DNA of 64,000 nucleotides from the human T2T-CHM13v2.0 reference genome, Homo sapiens, in assembly GCF_009914755.1 (NCBI RefSeq), contig NC_060929.1. One strand, written 5' to 3'. Within the stretch, counting starts at the first letter, position 1, and every line of letters starts with the position of its first letter. Both the position numbers and the translations under genes were made by a program. This document shows, piece after piece, positions 55,849 to 64,000 of the stretch. A model generated the notes under the pieces. The model ran no database searches and had not been told where the DNA came from. It saw nothing but the letters and a program-made list of their open reading frames with translations.

Positions 55849-55931
55849 GTCTGAAAGAAGAGAAGGAAAAGTGGACTATTCTTTAGTATGGTCTGAAAGA
55901 AGAGAAGGAAAAGTGGACTATTCTTTAGTAT
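55849..55931. repeat. Perfect 41-bp tandem duplication, period 42
   Basis: gtctgaaagaagagaaggaaaagtggactattctttagtat at 55849 and 55891. Confidence 0.95.
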
Positions 55932-58468
55932 CTTCAGACATTTATTTTAGACTTAAAGGCATACTTTTAATTTTTGTTAAGTGCATATAGAGCACTTCAG
56001 AGTATTATCTGGATACAAGAGGGAATTAAAGTGGTGAATATTAACCACAATACAGAAAAATTTTGTTATAGAACTTTTTAAACATAATGTATCAAACTAT
56101 GAAGGTGATTACAAATTCAACATTAAATCACTAACATATCAAGAATATATAGAGCATATTCTCTTTTGTGTCATTTCCACAGCTCCTTAGAATTAGAAAA
56201 AAAGCCTAATAGAATACATATTAAAATAATACAATAAGTTAGATAAAAAGGTGATTTATGTTTACTCTGCTACCATGGAGAGAATTATCTTTGCCCTAGA
56301 CCTTTAAATTAGTCTCATTTTAGAAATTTCTGGATGCTAGTATTATCAACTTAATTTCATAATTTCTAATTCTCTGTTTAAAAGTAGTCATTCCTCTGTA
56401 TTGTCTATAACACCACTTTGTTAATCTGTCACAACTACTTCTGAACATTTTTATTATGATGTAGGCATTTTTCCCCTACTTACTAAATTAGAAGTAGTCC
56501 ATGGCAGGGGCCACATGGTATTTCATTTTTGTACACTTGGCACTAAGCCTATTGCTTAGCCTGAAGCAACAGTTTGATAGGTGTTTACTGAACAAAACAG
56601 ACCTCTTTCCTCATCTTATTCTCTCTAAATTGATGACTAGATGTAATTACCCCAAATTGCTGATAACTGAAAAATACAATGGGTTTAGGGAATAAAGACT
56701 GGACAGAAATGGGAAAACATCTATTTCTAGACATTACATATAAATATTTATTTTTAAATTATATTAGAAATTAAATATTCAAAGTGTGTCCTTTATGTTT
56801 ATTTGTAATGACAGTTTTTATTCTTACCCAAACTTTTGTAGGCTGGCTTTCTTCTTTCTTTCCTGAAGTTTGGATGAAGAAAGAAAATGTGTTTGTTACC
56901 CATAGGAAAAAGCTAATGCTTCTAAAAATATTAAATATTTGTATTAAAATACCTTAAATTCAAATTTGCAAAATATGCAGCATTTCTTAATGATGCTAAT
57001 CCATATGTATGTGGATATGTTTGAGAAATATATATACATATTTATATCTCCATGGATATGTATAAGAATTTGCTTCTATTGCAATGAAGGCAGAATCTCA
57101 ACATGCAAAGCCTCAGCTTACAGTAAATTCTAAAACAAGATTTCCCAACTATAAACAAAACCTAAGTTTTTCATGTCTTCGTATATACTGACAAAAATTG
57201 TTTTCCAAAAGCAAAGGCATATAAATAATTTCTGTTGTATCTCAAAATGCTAATACTTTCAATAGAATATTTCATGAAGTATTTATAGAGCACTGCTGCA
57301 GACTCCAGTGAATTGTAAATCATGATACACTTCAGTACAAGACTCAAAAATAAGCTCCATGATTTTAGAAACACATCTACTAGATCACCTTTAGATTTCT
57401 CTGCCTAGGATTTGTCACTTGTTTGTGTACACATGTACAGGAATAAATACACACCAAAGATCTTGTGGTTCATGTTAAACTTTTTCCAATATGTCCTGTT
57501 TAAAATATACTATAGTATTTTGCAACTATTAAACTACTATGACAATGTAATAAAGAGCTAAGATAACTAGGTTCACTAAAAAAAATGAACTTATTATTTT
57601 TCTCTCCAGATCATCCTTGCAAATTTTTAAATGATTTGTGCTATACTTCCTTGCTAGGGGCTGAAGACACATGTGGAACTGGTTCTGACATGTTCCTGGA
57701 GAAAGCAGAAGTTCAAAAAGAATCGGGAAGAAAGAGCTAAAAGAAGGGAGAAGAAAATATATAAATACACAGAAACTAAAAAGAGAGAGCTTATTGTGAC
57801 CTTTCCCATAGGAGCTCATAGCAGTTGGCTGCATGCATTTATGAAGTCAGGAAAAGGGAATCAAAGATCTATGTGCGTGTGAAGGTTCAGTGAAGGAAGC
57901 CCTTGCTGAGTAAGGTCAAGTAAAATTTACTTAGTTCCTAGGTATGTTGACTTGTAGATGAGTATCTGAATGAGTGAGTCAAATAGACAGTAAATTTTCT
58001 GAACACAATTTCCACCCTCCTTTATATCAATTTACTGTATAATAAACCCTGCTGTAAAATACTGAGAATCTGGTTTGTTTTCACTTTTTAAAATATATCT
58101 GACATGTAGGTAGTTTAACATTAATATAAATGTGTTTTGACTTTACACATAAACTGTTACCTATTATTGAAAGTAATATTGTGAAGTTATCTAAATATTA
58201 TTTAATTTAGGAATCATTCATGTGTCAGTTTTCAAAGATAATGTATTTTTCACATATTAAGAAAACAACTATGAGAAATGAGAAACTTGCAACAATAATC
58301 TTTAATAAGTCTGGTGCAGTGAATTAACAATATCTGGGAAATAAACCTTGGGAAACATTTCTGCTGGATAAATAGGCTGAACTTTACTTATCACAGGGTG
58401 GTGGTTCAGAGCAGTCTCAAGACTGTGATCTTTAGAAAATTGTGCAAGCACTTTTTTACTCTTTCCTC

Positions 58469-58893
58469 TGTTAAAGAAAAACTTCACTTGAATTAAATTT
58501 AAAGGAGTTTAATTGAGCAATGAACGATTTGCAAATTTGGCAGCCCCCAGAATCACAGCAAATTCAGAGAGACCAGCACAGCCACGTGATGGAAGAAGAT
58601 TTATAGACGAAAAACAAGAAGTGACATACAGAAATCAGAAGTGACACACAGAAACAACTGACTTGGTTACAGCTCAGCGTTTGCCTTATTTAAACACCAT
58701 TTGAACACTCGACAACGTATGAGTGGTTGAAGTATGGCTGCAGGGATTGGCCAAGACCCAGCCACTGTTACAGGCACACACTCCCAATTAGGTTCTCAGT
58801 CTTGTCTACCTATTACGTTAGGTTGTAGTTCATCCATAAGGATTCAAATATACAAGTACTGAGTCCTCAGGCCATATTTAGTTTGCGTTAACA
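58469..58893 (-). mobile_element. MER57-type ERV1 solo LTR
   Basis: tgttaaagaaaaac...gtttaattgagcaatgaacgatt...caggccatatttagtttgcgttaaca; 4-bp TSD CCTC on both sides. Confidence 0.88.
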
Positions 58894-60650
58894 CCTCATA
58901 CAGGCAACGATATTATTTGACCCATATGTGTGTTGTGAACATGGTATTAATATATAACAATTTATATTGCTATAATGTCTTTTGATTCAACCAACTAAAG
59001 TGATGATGCTTTAGTATTTTTTGATGGGATAATAGAAGTCTACTCCAATGTTTTCTTTTTTCTTTCTGCATATTTAGATTAATGACAGGAAAAGAAGGAG
59101 AAACAAATACAAATTTAATGCTGTGACTAAATATATCAAATATTTAATATATGCAAATATTTATATAGAGTTATTATGGAGGATGAAGAGTGAAGTGTTT
59201 TTGGAACAAAAAAGGAAAAATAATTACTTGACAGATGTAGAGCTGAAAATTGTTGCAAGAAGAGAAACGATTACAGGAGAAAGCATAATATATGAAAACA
59301 GCAGGGAAATTGTCTTAGATGGAATAAAAATGTTTATATGAGTAAATATTTTAAATCACCACAATTCTTGTTATAGAACTTAAAAATATATCAACCTAGA
59401 ATCAAAATACCTCTGTCAGAAGCACTCTTAACTATAATCCAATCCAATCTCATAAAATTTAATTAGCAAGCAACAAGTTAAAAATTGGACCAACATATAC
59501 TAATGAAAAAATATTGAAAGTCTTTTAAATGAAAACTTGTGCTATTCAGTCTCATGTGGAAAATTAGGCACTGACATTGAAAAAATAGCTTTATACAATA
59601 AAATTCAGTGAGTCTGTTGCCTTTAGAAGTGATGGCAAAACATTTATAGTTACTGAAATCTGAATCAAATCTAGATAGTAATTAAGAAATTTCACAGTGT
59701 TCTTTTTTAAAAGAATACTTCAAGATTAAAAATGTAACTAGAACTACAGATATGTCAACATCATAGAGTCCGATAATATTAATTAAAACTATACCCACTT
59801 CATTGCATTCAGTTAACCACTGAAGGATTTGTGGTTCTAACAGGACCTACAAAAGCTGACGTGATTATAAAGAGGTCTTCAGTATATCACCTCATTATTT
59901 TTTTAAATTTCATATGCTACTGATAAGACTTCCATTACGGAACATTTATTAAGCAAATTCATCAATATTGGCAAATACTAAAGTGATATGACTCATTGAT
60001 AGATGCAGAGAAGTATTATTTGAAACTGGAGTTATCTTTTTAAATCTAGGATATATAGTACCCACATTTGTTGAAAGCATCTACATGCAGGTATTGCTAT
60101 GAAATAAAATATTATTCTATTATAAAGTCATAAGGAACTTAAATATAAAATTACATGTTTAATATATATGATTGAGCTGCATAAAAGTATGCTTCTACTC
60201 AAAATAGCTATATAATTAATGTAGAAATATTGCTTTAATTAAATGTTCTGATTTTATTGAGGTAACGACATGCCATCCTGTTTCTCTTCACTGTTTAGCA
60301 CAAAACTTTTGCTGCATATTACATTATTTTTGTTGACCAGGAAAAATAATTTTTCCTTTGATTAAAAATTAAATTTTTTTAAATTCCCTGGAGTATGCTT
60401 CTATTATATATAATGTATATCCCATGAAATTATATTACTTGTTTTATGATATTTATTAGACAGAACATTTAACCAGTTGTTTTTCAAAAAGAGATAGCAA
60501 TGACTTAGTTTATCATATTTTGTAAATAATAATGACCGTACATAACTTCTGTCCCTTGCTGTCAAATACAGTCTTGTCTTCAAAGGAAATGACATTGCCT
60601 AAAATCTATCGTAAAATAAATCCCATTAAACTTTTAAAAAACAATAAGCA

Positions 60651-61006
<356 letters not shown>

Positions 61007-61639
61007 CTATCACTCACACCATTCTGGCTCATTTCCCATTTCCCAAGGCACTTCAGTTCAGGGTGGATTTGCATGTATGTCAAACAATTCTTTGAAGAAG
61101 ACATCTGCCACACTCTTCATCATTTCCTCCAATTTTCAAGAGTCCTAATAGAGATACCCATTTTCTATAATATTATGCAATGCTATCTCATTAACTGAAA
61201 TATCTAGTTGATGTGTGATAATTCATTCAAAGAGAGAGATTAAAATAGCATCTATTTATATGTTAATTTTAAAAGTGACATGCAGAGCCCTGTGATTAGA
61301 ACATGCACATAGCCTATTGAGCATATTGCTATTTTCAATTTTTCTCACACATGAAGATGAAGAGCTGCCCTCTTTAGCTCCCTTTTACTATGGTTATGCA
61401 AATGAGTTGTCTCTATAATCTTATTAATGAGGAGCATCCTCATCATTAAGAATAATTTTTAAGAAAAAACAGCATCTGCTTGTATATCATCACATTGACC
61501 TTCTTTTGTGAAGATATTGACAGGCTTTACTAGAAACTTCTCTTACCACAAAGTCACCCTTAGAATTAGATTTAGAATTAGATTGCTAGAAAAGGAGAGA
61601 TTGAATAATTTGAAGTTAATGGAGGACGAATCTAAAGGT

Positions 61640-61867
61640 GAAATATTTTCCCAAGTCACCAAAGAAGACAAGCTATACAGGGAGCAGCATTAGAGAAGCG
61701 CTTTTCAAATCTCTGCTCCTTTGTCATGTTTGATATCAACCCCTTGTCCAAAATGCTAAAACAAACCACATGGCCAAGTCAAGATTCAATTTAGGAAGGG
61801 AATACCCAAGGTAATGGTCAGAGGAATGCATGAGTAAATTTGGTTCATTACATCATAATCAACCACA
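61640..61867 (-). mobile_element. MLT1-type MaLR LTR fragment
   Basis: caaaccacatggccaagtcaagattca...ggaagggaatacccaagg...cataatcaaccaca. Confidence 0.55.
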
Positions 61868-62956
61868 GGGGTTTAAGAATTTTACTTTTTAATACAGGTC
61901 CTTAGTAGTAGCAAAACAAAGACTATAAAGACATTACATTAATTACTGTAGTGGCAAAAATAATTCTTTGTATATATAGCACAAAGTTTTCTATGTTTAT
62001 TCAATAAATTATCAAACCAGCTATGAAAATGGTAGGCACATTAAATAGTATACTGATATATATGACACCATGGCATAATCAATTTATATTATGATTATGC
62101 AAAATAAAAACTCCAGACATATGATCTCTAAATGTAATTTTGAAAACAGAGTTGGATCAGAATTCACTAGCTTGTTTCCTGAATTCTAGTCCTAGTCCTT
62201 AACCATTATGCCTTGGGGTAGTGGCCTCTATGGAACAGTGAAAATGAAATTAAGATTCCCTACTGATATATATCCTAGAAAGAGAAGTCAAGAAATGAAA
62301 CAGCTTCCTTCACTTCAGAAGACCCATCGATTTTTTTTAAAAAATTCTTATTGTTTCAGGAGAGAATCTTGGATTTTAATTCTCCTTATTCTCTTTTAAT
62401 CTTTTAGCAGTTTAAGATTCACATGGCAAGTACTTCCCCAATAAACAATCTATGTGTTTTGAAATCGTCTTTATTCTTCAGATAGTGAAAAGAAGACTCC
62501 TAAGAGGCTTATTTGTCAATTGGACTGGATGTTAAAACTCAGAAAAAAGTAGACACTGAACTATTCACTGCACTGTAATATATGACCAACTCAGTCATCT
62601 ATGGAAAAAATAAATTTAGCTCCATTCAAATATTAAATCCTAATAATATTGGGCAAGATATGGAATATTAAAAGACTTAATTTTGGCTTCCATCATTATT
62701 AATGCAAAACCAAACCAATAAAACATAAATTTGGTTTTAAAAGATATTATTTTGATTACCACATCAAATCTGCATGTATATATTTCCAGAGTTTTTGTGA
62801 TGCAATGCGGGGAAGGAGAGAGAGAAAGAAAGAGAGAGAGACTCTTCTAACCAACACTCATGATCATGGAGAGGTGAACATAAAAATCCCTTCAGAAGAT
62901 TGCAGTTGTTCTAGGTGTAATAATATCTTGAAACATGCACATATCATGTAACTCAC

Positions 62957-62968
62957 TTGTATAGCTTT
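62957..62968 (-). other. Candidate 12-nt microexon AAAGCTATACAA
   Basis: tcttaac (branch-like)...tttgtgtgccag|aaagctatacaa|gtgagt. Confidence 0.45.
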
Positions 62969-63142
62969 CTGGCACACAAATATTTGATGTTAAGAGATCA
63001 CTTTCATTTGTATTGTTTTAGAACAATCGTAACGATTAAAAACTTTTATCTTTAGTCCTTTATTTTGTAGCTTTTGCTTTTGACTAATTCATATTAAAAA
63101 AATAATAAAGACAAAAGTCATGTAGTGATAATGTTTACTTAC

Positions 63143-63147
63143 TTCTT
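63143..63147 (-). other. Candidate 5-nt microexon AAGAA
   Basis: tttgttaatcatccacag|aagaa|gtaagt; 174 nt upstream of the 12-nt candidate. Confidence 0.3.
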
Positions 63148-64000
63148 CTGTGGATGATTAACAAATTAAAATTCATGGATTTATATAATATTTGGTGGGG
63201 AAAAGGAGATTAATATTATAGTAAACCCTTAAATGTGTTTAAAATCTATGACCATTACTTTTGATCCACATACATACCAAAGTTTCTTTAATCCTTTTTC
63301 TTTTAATTGAAATAAAAGAAAAAAATCCTGAGTTTTCAAAACTAGATTACTCTTCTATGTTTCTTTAGCAGCTATAGTATTAATATTTAATGAAGTTAGA
63401 GTTCTTACCTTATTAACAAAAATGTTAATTTTGTTACTAAACTTATAGATGAAATACCAATTAAGAGTCAATAGTTGAAGATGTGAAGTAATAGATTTAA
63501 TCTCCACATAACAAAACAAATAAGTACTGAGTGCAAATTTTAGAACTCATGACAGCACAACAGCAAAATGATCACATTATTAAATAAGCAAAGATGCAAA
63601 TATAATAAATACTTTTCTAAACACATATCAGCAATCTTAAGGTAAATTGGGATATGACTGTAGTAAATACATAATTAATCATCCTTATGTAACAAATCCA
63701 CAGAATGGCAGATACACTAAATAAGTCAGGTTAAGAATTTTTTAGTGATTCATAGAACTTATGGTATAATGTGGCACAACTAGGGTAACTAGTCAACTCT
63801 CAATCTGATGTTTAAATCATAAAATGCTGGTTTATAAAACAATAATAAAAAATATCTAAAGATATATACTATTCTCCAAGTCATAGTCAAGATGCAAATG
63901 TAAGTCAATATAGTTTAATATGTCATCTCCTTTTTATGTTTTAGACAAGCAATTATTCAAGTATCTATTTGACATTTAGAACATTACTAGGTATTGGAAG

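Overview
Human genomic DNA: Alu, L1PA and THE1 mark it as primate, and an AluYb8 as human. It is AT-rich and repeat-dense, with no CpG island and no complete protein-coding gene; nearly all supplied ORFs are repeat-derived or chance. The main structure is an old two-LTR class III (ERV-L/HERV-S-like, LTR47-type) provirus at 1463-9550 with a TACTA target-site duplication (TSD). It keeps degenerate gag/pro/RT/RNase H/IN, a probable tRNA-Arg primer-binding site and a Cys-rich env remnant. It is interrupted by an ERV1 LTR (itself holding a THE1C LTR) and two Alus. Also present: a two-LTR MST/THE1 MaLR, several solo LTRs, old L1M/L2/MIR, two hAT MITEs, a BC200-like retrocopy, a 5'-inverted L1PA with a multi-kb gap, an 11-nt Alu stub with a perfect TSD, and small duplications and palindromes. 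The unique DNA holds a chain of minus-strand exon-like segments, including 5- and 12-nt microexon candidates near 63 kb, suggesting the 3' part of a spliced gene I could not name. Repeat subfamily names are from recall of consensus sequences, not from a database search.
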